64,000 nt of DNA from Octopus vulgaris (lineage: Eukaryota): the NCBI GenBank assembly GCA_951406725.2, contig OX597825.1:16678001-16742000 (forward strand), read 5' to 3'. Shown in pieces: positions 12,502 to 25,200 of the stretch. Position 1 is the first letter of the stretch, and every line of letters starts with the position of its first letter. A model generated the notes under the pieces. The model was not told the origin of the DNA, ran no database searches, and worked only from the letters and a program-made list of their open reading frames with translations. Made by a program: the position numbers and the translations under genes.

Positions 12502-12549
12502 CTGTTGTATCACGTGGTTTCAACATAATCTACGCCTCCTCAGCAGCAG
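12502..12549 (-). ncRNA. Minimal type I hammerhead ribozyme motif (decayed)
   Basis: RC reads CTGCTG-CTGAGGA-GGCGTA gat TATGTT-GAAA-CCACGTGA-TA-CAACAG. Stem I is 5/6 paired and extendable, stem II has G-U pairs, stem III is near palindromic. Confidence 0.6.
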
Positions 12550-12983
12550 ATGCTCATACCGAATGCCAGATCCAGATTCCGTCAAACCAATATAGATAAT
12601 AATAAACAGTCAGAGATATCACAATGCTAGCCGTGTATACATTTGTTTTATATATATAGCTAATTTATACAAAAAACCCGAGATGTAGTGTTTAGAATTA
12701 TTAGCGGTGCCCTGTTGTCCATTTGCTTGGTTTATAAACAAGAAATAATTCTTGTTTACGGGGAATTGAAGCTGAATACACTTTTATAAATATCAACTGA
12801 ATTCTGTCAGAAGAATTAAAGAATCTTGTTTTTATTTCCTTGGTGCTTCATTTATATTACATGTTTACAACGGGAAATGGGGTATTTCACAGGGACAATA
12901 TATGTGCATGCATATATGTATGTATATGTATAAATATACATATATGTATGTACACCCAGTCAAACATATATGTATATATATAT

Positions 12984-13243
12984 ATAATATTAATTAGAGA
13001 CAAAACCACTATTAAGCAAATCAAACAAAGAAAGACTTGATCCAATAATTAAAAAATTTTATTTAAATTAAATATAATTATATTTAATTTATATAAAATT
13101 TTTTATGTATTGGATTAAGTCTTTCTTTGATTTGCTTAATAGTGGTTTTGTCTCTAATTAATATTATATTATATTTTACTATAAAATTGGATTCAATCCT
13201 AAATCTGATTTTTCCCTGTAAATTTGGATTTATTCCCTAATAT

Positions 13244-13250
<7 letters not shown>
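12984..13250. mobile_element. Fold-back element in (TA)n, probable PLE terminal remnant (palindrome 12984-13167 plus unique extension)
   Basis: ATAATATTAATTAGAGACAAAACCACTATTAAGCAAATCAAA...AAGAAAGACTTGATCCAATA is mirrored by TATTGGATTAAGTCTTTCTTTGATTTGCTTAATAGTGGTTTTGTCTCTAATTAATATTAT. Homologous to 26355-26632. Confidence 0.7.
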
Positions 13251-13291
<41 letters not shown>

Positions 13292-13375
13292 AATAATAAT
13301 AAGAATAATGATAATAATAACAATATAATAATGATGATGACAATATTCCTTGGATATAATTTATGAACATTTAAT

Positions 13376-13506
13376 GCATCTCTACGCGCGTTTCCACAAA
13401 CAACATGCCTCTTACGATTACAGTCCAGCGATGATTAAAGCGCAGTCCATAGTATCCGTGGGTACCGTGTTGATTATCATCATGGATCCATTTCTTCAGG
13501 TGATAT
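13376..13506 (-). ncRNA. Degenerate hammerhead-like motif with long stem II (PLE-type)
   Basis: RC has ATATCAC-CTGAAGA ... about 100 nt ... GAAA-CGCGCG-TA-GAGAT. The palindromic ACGCGCGT stem III is typical of PLE hammerheads, but stem II closure is poor. Confidence 0.4.
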
Positions 13507-13579
13507 GTGGCCGACATAACAGAATAAAATAGGAGATTTATTTTCATATTCAAAACGTTTACCATAACAAATTTAAAAG

Positions 13580-13627
<48 letters not shown>

Positions 13628-13857
13628 ACACACACACACAACAAACACACACACATATTCGCATGTGCAGATCTCAGTCGGAATTACAACATCCACAGTG
13701 AATACGATAAGTGGTGCTTCTAAATATGAGTGTATTTTGTGATAGTGATATTTGTTCCACCCATTTACTAAGATAAACCTATCTTTGTATGCAAATATCT
13801 TAATACAGTATACTACTTACTGAATGGTTGAAAATCTCTAACCACCGGCGCTACTGT

Positions 13858-13931
<74 letters not shown>

Positions 13932-14199
13932 AAACAAGAGAGACACAGACAGACAGAAACAAGGAAAATGCCACCTGTATTTGAATACTATACAAATATT
14001 CTTTTTAAAAAAATTATATCTTTTCTAAATTTAATTGTTTTACATAATTAAAGTTGAAAAAGTCTCAATGTCAGAAACCGGTACTGAAATGTTTTTTTTA
14101 TAAAATTGTTTTAGCATTTTCTATCTATATATGTATACATGTATATATATATTTATATATACGCACGTATATACTTTCTTATATATATGTATATACATG

Positions 14200-14255
<56 letters not shown>

Positions 14256-15951
14256 CTATATGCGTATATATATGTGTGCGTGTGTATGTAAATGTATACA
14301 TATATTTTAAAGAAATAAATGAAAAATGATGCTAAATAAATAACTATATTTTGCAAATTAACATTTTGTACTCTACTATTATTAGTATATATTTGTATTA
14401 TCATTAGTATACGTTTGTAGTTATTAGTTGGCATTGACGCAAATTACCTCTTTTGTAATAGATAAACGATTTTATTCGAAGACAACAATTTATAAATTTC
14501 TTTAAATTAGTGGATTATCAGTTTAATGTGACTTTAAAGATTACTAATATCTCTGAGCTGAAATGCGAATAAAACACTTTCAGATGCTGAGACATACATG
14601 TGTCTGACTTCACATAAATGATATAAATGCTTTTACATAGTATAATTTAACTTTTTAATTTCGTTTGGCATTTATTAGAATTATATATATATAATAATAT
14701 TTGGAAGTGAAGCAATATATTAAACTTTTTATGTGTATCTTGAAATTACATTACAAATTCGCGTTGCCTTATACATACATACATACACAAAAATATATAT
14801 ATATAAGTGTGTGTATAAAGCGCTGCGTTATATATATATAACGAGGGTTTATGGATGGAAAGATGCTGCTCTTTCTCAGAGACGTACACTGGAAGAGCTG
14901 TATATCGATTAATTTTCCTGGAATTTCTTAGTTTGTCTTACTATTAGTGCTTATTGATGGTCTTTCTTCGATATTAGTACTTTACACTTATGACACTCCT
15001 GTTGTCGTTATGGATGTTTACATCTATCCAAAATAGGAGAACAGGATTTTAATAATATAATATAAAGAAAATGGGGGAGTTTGAACACAGAAATCAATTT
15101 ATTTATACGATAGTTAATTTCATGTCACCTACTCACTTTTCAATTTCTCACATTCTTTCGATTAAAATTGCATTACGAATTTAAAAGGTAAAAATCTTTG
15201 CAGGGAAAAATTGACATACATTCATTTACATCCTGATGAATGGAGAGTTTATTATAGATTGAATAGCAGCACGTGCATGTGCGTGTAAGCACGTGTGTGT
15301 CGCATTCTGTTCTAAAGATAGCTGGTGGTTAAACCACGACCAGAGTGGACAATGAGTTGTTGCAGTTGTGAAGAACTAAGTCATACTACTATTCATCCTT
15401 AATGGAATTTAGATTTTTTTTTAGACGCTGGTCTCACTTGTCAAACAAAATGAATATATATTAGTAAGTATCCAAATCTACTTATTTCATTGTCAGAATT
15501 TCAATTTTTATTAATAGTGTAGTTTCTATTATATTTATTTAGATGTATTGGTCCTATTTATTGATTTTTAAGAATAGGAGTAAGGAAAATAGAAATGATT
15601 TACTTAATGGCCAAAATGACGAGAATCATAACGGTAGTAAGAAATACAGAACAAGCAGTGGAAGGGAAGAAACCTTTAATGATTCCTTAGTAAGATCAAA
15701 ATATATAAAATTGCAACCTACAAAAAGGAAAGGAAATAAAAGTAATAATAATAACAAAAACGATAATAAAGACACTAGTGCGAATAATTTAACTATATAT
15801 ACTGATACTTATAATAGCAATGACGAAAATAAAATAACAATATAATTATTATAAATATTAAGATAGGTAAGTAAAAGGAAGAAAATAAGTCATTAGTTAA
15901 GACTCCTAACACGAGAAGTAAACAAAACCGGAAATATATGTATATGTAATG

Positions 15952-15999
<48 letters not shown>

Positions 16000-16041
16000 C
16001 ACATATACATATATATATATGTATATATATGTATGTATATA

Positions 16042-16105
<64 letters not shown>

Positions 16106-16330
16106 CCGGAGTAAACACATAAATGTGAAACAAGGAGGTAAAAAGAGTACTCAAATACCAGGGGTAGAGTAATATGCTTTATTTAAAAGCATCAGAAATT
16201 CAACAAAACCTGTTACTCAGAGTTTCACCTTTCCGTTTTAGTAACAGCAAAAACTGTCCGACGAACGGGAACGTGAAACTCAGAGTAACAGGTTTTGTTG
16301 AATTTTCTGCTGCTTTAAATAAAGTATATA
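16106..16330 (+). mobile_element. Fold-back PLE-type remnant between (TA)n tracts
   Basis: Inverted arms at about 16172-16238 (ATATGCTTTATTTAAAAGCATCAGAAATTCAACAAAACCTGTTACTCAGAGTTTCAC) and 16264-16329. Contains a hammerhead motif. Confidence 0.75.
16254..16291 (+). ncRNA. Minimal type I hammerhead ribozyme, CCGACGA core variant
   Basis: CTGT-CCGACGA-ACG ggaa CGT-GAAA-CTC a GAG-TA-ACAG. All three stems are perfectly paired, with a GUA cleavage triplet and U4 replaced by C. Confidence 0.75.
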
Positions 16331-17029
16331 TACATACATATATATATATTTATATATGTATGTATATGTTATTCAAGAATTGTTTCGTGGCACCTTGTCA
16401 ACCCTTTAAAGCTTATTTAGGATCAAATGCCTTCCAGCACAATCATCTCATCTATATCTTACATGCGTTTATATACCGGGCACAACGTTATCCGGTGTGC
16501 ATTTTTTTGTTATTTAAAGTCAAAGGGTTTTCCATTGAGAGGGATTTCACTGCTATTTTTACCACATATAATGGTTCTTAGAACTTTCTATGTGCCAATA
16601 TAATACTCATATTTCAATTTAAGATAAACACTATTAACATCAACCACGCAAGAACTAGAATACTCTTGTCGATTAACAAATGAAACATCTGCTCTCAGAG
16701 TGAAAGTGAGTTTCTAAAATCAAACAACAGATATATATACATTAAAGTTTGCATTTATTTTATGTGTGTGTTTCTCAATTACTCATATATTTTTGAAAAT
16801 AATGTATTCCGAAGAATCCCCTTATAGAGAAATAAAATAATCATAAAATTTAAAATTTTATAGTCTGAGCACGATTTAGCAGTTGTCTCTAATGGATATA
16901 AAAATGATGACATTGCATTATCGTGGTATTAAATTCATGCAAATCCCTCAGCATCAACAGTTTAGTTGGGACAGTGTGGAATACGCTTGTTATATCATTC
17001 CGTCTGATATCCCAATGGCGTTTGAAGAG

Positions 17030-17280
17030 TGTGGCTTGTGGCTTGTGGCTTAGTGGTCAGGAGTGTTGGACTCACCATCTTAAATTTGTGGTTTCGATTC
17101 ATGGACTAGGCGACACGTAGTGCTCTTCAGTAAAACACTTCATTTCACGTTGCTCCACCCTGCTGGGAAAAATGAGTAATCTTCCGACTTACCTGGTACG
17201 TTGTAGTGGGAATATATGCTCGGCGCAAACCGGGAAACCGACCCTATGAGTCTGTATGATTCAGAAAGGGTGTTCATCCT
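17030..17280 (+). mobile_element. Old SINE family D copy
   Basis: TGTGGCTTAGTGGTCAGGAG...GGTTTCGATTC...ACACTTCATTTCACGTTGCTCCA...GAAAAATGAGTAA...GGGAAACCGACCCTATGAG. Confidence 0.65.
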
Positions 17281-17295
17281 TTATTCTATTCCGAT

Positions 17296-17500
17296 GGCGA
17301 GCGGGCAGATGGTTAGCGGGCGCATCGGATAACATGTTTAGCGGCATTTTTTCCGGATATGTACGTGCTAATTTTAAAACCTTCCGATATCATCTTTGTA
17401 TTTTATCCTTTCGGACCAGATCAAATAAATATCAGTCTAATACTTGAGCCGATGTAAACTTGTTCCCCTCTCCTAAATGTTGTTAAGACGGTGATAAAAT
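17296..17500 (+). mobile_element. Old SINE family B copy
   Basis: Degenerate GGCGAGCGGGCAGATGGTTAGCGGGCGC...TTTAGCGGCATTT...ATCCTTTCGG...GATCAAATAAATATCAG. Confidence 0.55.
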
Positions 17501-19744
17501 TAAAAAGGATTTATTTTGATTTTCAGTCACTGAATTAACAGCAGAATGGTAAACGGGAAATGCTTGTTTTCAGTAATCGGTGCAGCACCATCTTACTCAC
17601 CATAATCCTAATAATCCCAAAAGGAGAGGATGAAGTTACCTCTACATCGTCACACGATATGCTAGAAGTAGCAGCCACATGTCCTTCCTAAAACACACAG
17701 ACGTCTCAGAAAATGTTAAAGGTATGGTGTTTGAGGTAATAAATGATACACTGAGAAAAAAAAAAACTGGGCATTTGTAACTGGAATGCATTTTGTGATA
17801 TCTATGTTTTTTACGAGTATTCTACTAAGGCTAAATACAGACAGAGATTCCTTCATGCTAAATTTGCCATGTTGCTAAATTTCTTCTTTAGCTATTAGCA
17901 AAAATAGTGTCACACTTTTTTGGAGGTTCTTTGTAAAGGTCCCAGTTGGTAGGGTAACATTCAATAATCACTTTGTTCAGTATCTCAACTCGCGAGAAGC
18001 GAATAAAAATGAGAAAGAGAGAAGGGTTAACTACAGGAAAGTAATAAGAGTGAAAATGTTGACAGTGGTTGAAAAATATTAATATCTTATTTATTTACTA
18101 GTATTTGTACTATGCGCTCCTGCTATTAACTTTGAACACCAGCAATGCAGGACTGTTAACATTTCAGTCGTATAAAAACCGAAAACTAAGCAGAAAGGTA
18201 GATGGAGTTCATAATGATAGCAGTAGTGATACATTCGGTTAGCATAAGAACCATCCGGTCACTCTTAATGAAGCTTTATTCTTACTTTTTGTATATATTC
18301 TATCATACAAAAATGAAGACCTCCATAGTAATCAGTTTTGAGACAGAACTCTCATTATTATCTAATGTATTAAAACATCTGAAATGAGTGATTAGATCTT
18401 TATTGACCATATTGTACTACTCATGTCCTGTCCTTGAAGATTAATATTTTATGAGACAAATATATTTTAGAAAACATATAAACAGCCTTTTGCTCTTTTT
18501 CAGTAATTTCGCTGCAGTTTTAAATTTCTTTGAGGGGTAAGAAGTATTACTCATTAAAAGTAAAATGAAAGTAAGCATTGTATTAGACTTGTTATTGCCG
18601 AAACAAATTGGACAAATTATCTGCAATCAGTAGGCGCCAGTGCCAGAAAGTACGATCACTTCATTGCCAAAAGGTATGTTGTAGTTAACGTGTATGCATT
18701 GAAAGCCAGTGACATGGAACTGTATGATATTTGAACATCATTAACGTCTGCTAAAAGTCACTTAATAAAATCTGACTTCATTAAGCTAAATCCCATTACA
18801 CAGGAAGTCAGATAAGATAAGATGCATATTCTTCGTCGCAATCGTTAACAATGTACGTGCACTTTTGTTGAGGTAGTTTCGTATGAAAGATTAAACTTAG
18901 TTTCATGTGATACTGAATAAAATAATTATCAGGAAAGAAAAAACAAAAAGGTGGAGTTGGGTTCCGTAGGGTCTTTCCTGTAAAGAACTGATTGAAGTTC
19001 ATACTAATATAGTAAGGAAATTCAGTTCAAGCGATATAATATACAGTCAATTAAACAACTACATACAACTTTCTTTAGGACTGGCAACGCGCAATAATAT
19101 ATATATAACAAAGTTATCTTTTACATGCAGTGTAGATGGCGTTGCTATACAATAAGTAACCGACATTTTATATAGTATTTGCATTTTATATAGTGTTAAA
19201 AGTATGAACAACTCTTAACCAAACACCCTATTCATCTAGAAACATTTTATCTGTAGCTACACGCTGTTACAGCAAATAAGTATATGGCAAAAGCATTAAA
19301 TTAGTATCCGGCTCTGTATTAGTTTCTAAGCTACAATAACACTTGGAGACTGTTGATATATGTCATCAGTTAGATATAACTGTACAAAAATGAACTTATT
19401 GAACGATGTTGTAATCAATTATTTTAGAGACAATTTGTCTTCATATAATTATATAATTGAATTCGTTTTAAAAAAAGAGTTTGGCATAATATATGAATGT
19501 AAAAGTCTATATATTTCAGAAACTTGTGACTATAGCTGATGGGAAAATATTTCATCATGTTCCATTATTTATTACTAAATGAATGTGTTTTTTATTTCTT
19601 AAAATATTACAGTTTCATCCAAGCCATTTTTATTAAATTAGATACAATTCCGAATTCCTAGAGTTCTTTTTTTAGTTTAGAATCCACACAATCTCCTTAG
19701 TGTAGAACATAAATAATGGCTTTCTTTGTGAGTTTATACATATA

Positions 19745-19955
19745 CGTTAGAGCGCCGGATGAAATGCTTAGCGGTATTTCGTCTCTCGTTACGTTCTGAG
19801 TTCAAATTCCGCCGAGGTCGACTTTGCCTTTCATCCTTTCGGGGTCGTTAAATAAAGTACCAGTTTCGCACTGGGGTCGATGTAATCGACTTAATCCTTT
19901 TGTCTGTCCTTGTGTGTCCCCTCTATGTTTAGCCCCTTGTGGGCAATAAAGAAAT
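19745..19955 (+). mobile_element. SINE family B
   Basis: GTTCTGAGTTCAAATTCCGCCGAGGTCGACTTTGCCTTTCATCCTTTCGGGGTCG...AGCCCCTTGTGGGCAATAAAGAAAT. Confidence 0.9.
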
Positions 19956-19966
19956 ACATATACACG

Positions 19967-20025
<59 letters not shown>

Positions 20026-20042
20026 GTGTATATGTATGTATA

Positions 20043-20103
<61 letters not shown>

Positions 20104-20189
20104 GAAGGAAGCGCGTTGCTTGGCGGTTAGGGTGTTGGACTCATGTCTGTCCACGCACATTACTGAGTACTGTGGACAAACCAATATTC

Positions 20190-20675
20190 TTTTAATTGTT
20201 TCGGCCACGTGGCTGCAGTGATGCTGGGCCACCACGGTAGTCTTTCTGATTTCTTCAGTCAGGGGCGTTTCATGTCACCACTACTGCATGTGCGTTTGTC
20301 CCAGCTGTTCGCCCATTTGGTGAATAATGGGACTTGATTCCGCTGCCCTTGTCTGCACCTCTTGTCGGTCTGTTGGTTCATCCGGTATTGTGGAGAGGAA
20401 GATGTCTAGTTCCTTTCTTCAAGACATCTACTTCCACCTTATGCAAATATCTTAATTTTTGTGGCAAGGCATTGAAGAGCTCTGGGCCTTGAACCCTAGA
20501 CTGTTGCAATACCTGGTTCTGAATTTCTATATGGAGAGGATGGTACATTTGGTACAATACAATGACAGCCAGTTCTGGTATTTGTATAAGAGTCAATGCC
20601 GAAGTTAGGTAGTAACCTCTCTAGTCTTTTCCATATGTAGATTATTACATATCTCTCACGCCTTCGCTCCAGGCA
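20190..20675 (-). mobile_element. CR1/L2-like LINE 3' end (ORF2 C-terminus plus 3' UTR), degenerate
   Basis: LERRRERYVIIYIWKRLERLLPNFGIDSYTNTRTG.HCIVP...GPELFNALPQKLRYLHKVEVDVLKK (ORF track 20496..20705 and 20378..20596) matches the SLERRR...LFN.LP...FK..LD C-terminus of CR1-group ORF2. Confidence 0.8.
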
Positions 20676-20816
20676 GCAAAGATGTATGTATGTATGTGTG
20701 CGCATATATATATATATATGTGTGTGTGTCTATGTGCGTGTTATATATATATATATGTGAGTGTGTGTGCGCGGGTGTGTGAGTATGTGCCTGTGTGTGT
20801 GCCTGTGTGCTTATGC

Positions 20817-20852
<36 letters not shown>

Positions 20853-21005
20853 CTCCCTTGCTAACTGATTAAGATAGTGCGTTTGTGGCTATTGAGTTGT
20901 TTTGACTCTTCTTTCTAGCAATAGTGGTTATGATTAGTGCCCCTGTTCACTTTAGTGATGCATATATTTTTGCCTTTATGCTGTAAAGTTGCGAATTAGC
21001 CACCC

Positions 21006-21077
<72 letters not shown>

Positions 21078-21092
21078 AGTATGTATGTATGC

Positions 21093-21125
<33 letters not shown>

Positions 21126-23131
21126 TGTATGTGTGTGTGTGGTTGTGTGTGTCCTTTAGTTACAATAGTATACATGATGCAAATATATATATGGAAGCAC
21201 TGAAAACTTACAGTGTTAGAAAAGGATCAAAAACCGGAAAAATATAAGTGAAAGTTATTAATTAATAGATAATAATTAATACTGTTGTATCAAGTGATTA
21301 TTTAGTAGGAATAGAATCTTTACAACAGGATAAAATCACAAGATTTCAACAGCATTTCAAATTGACTAAATATATATACCTATTTATTTATTATTTGAAC
21401 CGCTTAAAGGTTATTTGAAAACTATCCTTTAATCAAATAATCTTGAAGTTGTTTTTACAATGTATTCCTGACCATCCATAGAGTTACCTCTTCGACCAAT
21501 CTACGTAACTGTAGTTTCCAGAAGGTATTACAGTTAAATGAGAGGATTTCTCGAGGCTAATAATGACATATTAGGTGGTCCCAAAAGGCATCCACGTTTA
21601 GTTGGATATAAAGATTATTTGTTGGGGCTAATACTGCTTCCAGTTCTAATAATTAATTTTTAATAACCTTACTGGCTAATTGCGACTTCAGCGTCTGAAA
21701 AATAGAAAACAAAAAATTATAATAAAAATTAAAATTAACCAGTTTGGCAGTGCCTGAATTTATACATATACGTTTATTTTTATATTTCTGTCTGGAGGTA
21801 AAATGTTTGCTCACGACTTTTGCACGAATTTTCAGAGTGGTTAGGTCGATAGAATAGCAGCTTTGAAATAAAAAATTAATTTCTTAAAGATAAATCTTGA
21901 AAATAAGCTATACAGCTAAACAGCAAAAGGGAAATAGTTAAATACTACGCGGGTGTTCTCAGAATTAGAAAATATACAAGCGGAAATCTATTTCAATAAA
22001 ACAAAGACTTTCAAAAATCTATGATGAGACATGACCGAAAACTAGTTTAAAGAATATGAAACACTCTGATAAGATCTTAGACAATAAAAACAAAAACTAC
22101 TCTGAGAAATCAATATTCTTGCTGTAAAAGTTATCAACTACTGGAAGATATAAAATACCCAATCTTAATTTAATAAAGGATATCAAGACTAGGAATTACA
22201 AGACAATTTCACGAATTTCGTTGTATCTCGGGAGGATCATTGCGCCTACAAAATAAACGCATTGGTTACCTTTCTCTTCTTTATTTTTATCCTTCTGTTG
22301 TTTAACCATTTAGCCAATTAACTAATCACTTCCTTGATTAATCGTTCAGTAAGTCGAGTAGTTAATTGGCCGAATGTTTAACCAATTGGCGAGTAAAACA
22401 ATAAAGAAGTGAATATTCCCCCTTTTTATTTCGCAATCGTGTATAAAATTAGAATATAAAAAAACTTGCATTAAAAAGCTGTGATACACTATTTATAAAG
22501 AAGAGAATAAAATGTTCTTAGAAGTGGAATGAGTAGTTCCTTATTGAAAATGCCCTATTCAGACTGGTGAGGCAATCAAGAAGGATTATAGTAAAAAGCT
22601 ATCTTTCTTCTCATGAACGCCTCTACGAGGAGCACTTTACGCAAAGTAATTTTTTAAATTTTATTTACAAATTTTAAAATATTTTTGATGTCACTAAAAT
22701 TAGTAGAGTTTTACCACAAACTGGTTTGTTGATTACTCAACGGCATGATTTTAATATTGTTTTACGTCTTTTCAGTTTGGGAGCTTTCGTATCTTTGCAC
22801 ACAAAATAATTCCAGACAACTGGTCCACGATAGGGCTGACCGAATTTATTAAATTTTGTTATGGCACAACTATTACATTTCAATTTTGCACTAGAATACT
22901 TCGAGGGTTAATTGTGAATATTCTTCATAAATTTTTCCTGAACCCATTTTAATGTAAAGTTCTGACAAACTTTGAACTTAAATCTCAAGTGATCACCGTC
23001 GTAAACATTATCATCATCGTCGTTGGCCTCATCACCACCACCACCACTGCCACCACCACTGTCGCCACCACCACCACCACTACCACCACCATCGTCGTCG
23101 TCGTTGTCATCATCATCATCATCATCATCAT

Positions 23132-23355
23132 TCTTTCTTTTACTCTTTTACTTGTTTCAGTCATTTGACTGCGGCCAAGCTGGAGCACCGCCGCTAGTCG
23201 AGCAAATCGACCCCAGGAGTTATTCTTTGTAAGCCCAGTACTTATTCTATCGGTCTCTTTTGCCGAATCGCTGGGTTACGGAGACGAGAACACACCAGTA
23301 TCGGTTGTCAAACGATGTTGGGGGGACAAACAGAGACACAAATACGCACACACAC

Positions 23356-23419
<64 letters not shown>

Positions 23420-23582
23420 GACAGTCTTCTTTCAGTTTCCGTCTACCAAATCCACTCACAAGTCTTTGGTCGGCCCGAGGCTATAGTAGAAGACACTTGC
23501 CCAAGGTGCCACACAGTGGGACTGAATCCGGAACCCTGTAGTTGGTAAACAAGCTACTTACCACACAGCCACTCCTCCGCCT
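23132..23582 (-). mobile_element. SINE family A, full length, inserted in a (CAT/CAC/CGT)n tract
   Basis: Near identical to 10811-11232; trinucleotide tract continues on both sides. Confidence 0.92.
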
Positions 23583-24562
23583 ATCGTCGTTGTCGTCGTC
23601 GTCGACATCATCATCATCAACAACGTCATCATTATCAAAATCATCCTCAACATAACCATCAACGTCATTATGAAACTTGTGGCCATTGCTGCCTGAGATC
23701 CGGGATTCTCAGTCCTCAGTTTATCGGTTTCCGTGACATATAAGTGACCCCAAATACCATCTCTCCCGCCCCCAGAACTGGACGCCTCTTCGACGCAGGT
23801 TTACTCATTTATAACCCTCAACAATCATTTATGGCTCCTTGAATATGTAAGACCTAGTTACAGTTTTGGGGGGAAATATGAAAAATACGTCAAACCGTTT
23901 AAACATCAATATAGATATTATTCTAAAGCAACAACCGTTTATTAAGACTGTAAACGCTCAATTATCTGAATACTTCAGAAATAATTAATACCCCGGTGCG
24001 GCACGCTGCTATGTGATGAGATAATATTTCTGGGTAAGCATCATTACACTGATATTTAGACACCGAAAAGCTAATAAATTCTTAGATTGACACAAAGTTT
24101 CAAATGAATATACAGGTGAGATTGATTCGAACAAAACTACATGGCTGAATTGTGTTTGGCTGGCCAAATGCCAGGGCCGTCAACAGCATGATTTTGAAAC
24201 AGAACGTAATTAGTGCGACAATCTATCATTTCTGACAAAATTTGTTGCTTTATGTCAATGTTACAGATAAATCATATAAAATATTGGAGTGTACTCTGTT
24301 ACGGTACCGACTCACGCGTATAGGTAGCAAAATGTGGATGATAAATTTGTGGACACAAATACAAACATAAACACATGTATGCACACACACATACCACACG
24401 CACACACACACACACACAATGACTTATGTAACAACGATGCATACGATGTATCTATAAAACAATAGCTTATATACATGTCTGTGTATGCACCTGTAAATAT
24501 ATATATATATATATATATACATATATGTGTGTGTGTATTTATGTATATCTATCTATCTATCA

Positions 24563-24607
<45 letters not shown>

Positions 24608-24610
24608 AAG

Positions 24611-24641
<31 letters not shown>

Positions 24642-25029
24642 ATATATATACATACATATATATCTACTGTAAATAAATACGCTATGTAAACATTTTATTG
24701 ATAAATCTGATAAAGGTATATTTAACATGATGTTTGTAATTAGATTGTAATCACATATCTTCCTTGATATTTCACAAAGGTTTATCTCTTTGGAAACATT
24801 TATATAGCTGATAATAGAAGATTTACTCATATCCGGCAATATCAATTTCATCTGTTGTCTGTGAAAACCCTGCTGGGAAATAACTTAGTTTAACTAATTC
24901 CCAGGGTTGATAATGATAACTTGGTACTTAAGTTTACTCCCTGTCTACAAAACCACCGACAATGAAGAAAACAAATAAAGCAAAAGCCCATTTCCTTGCC
25001 TGAAAATTATTTTTCGTTTCTTGCAATGA

Positions 25030-25200
25030 ATGAGACACATCATATTGGAACAATAGTGTCCCAGAATCTTTTGCAGGAATGCATCGCATACTCCTCTTGC
25101 ATTGCGAAAGAAATATATCTTATATAGTAATAATATCATGGAAAAAAACCCCAGAGAAATAAGTACAGTCAACTCTCCACAAGGAATGTCGTGCAAAGAG
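25030..25200 (-). repeat. Dispersed repeat homologous to 28310-28700 in the opposite orientation
   Basis: RC ATGCGATGCATTCCTGCAAAAGATTCTGGGACACTATTGTTCCAATATGATGTGTCTC matches 28310-28368. RC ATTCCTTGTGGAGAGTTGAC resembles the 28675 unit. Confidence 0.7.

Noticed and set aside
15543-15845. 100-aa N/K-rich ORF after an AG
   Set aside because: Low-complexity A-rich DNA, no domain, no convincing exon context.
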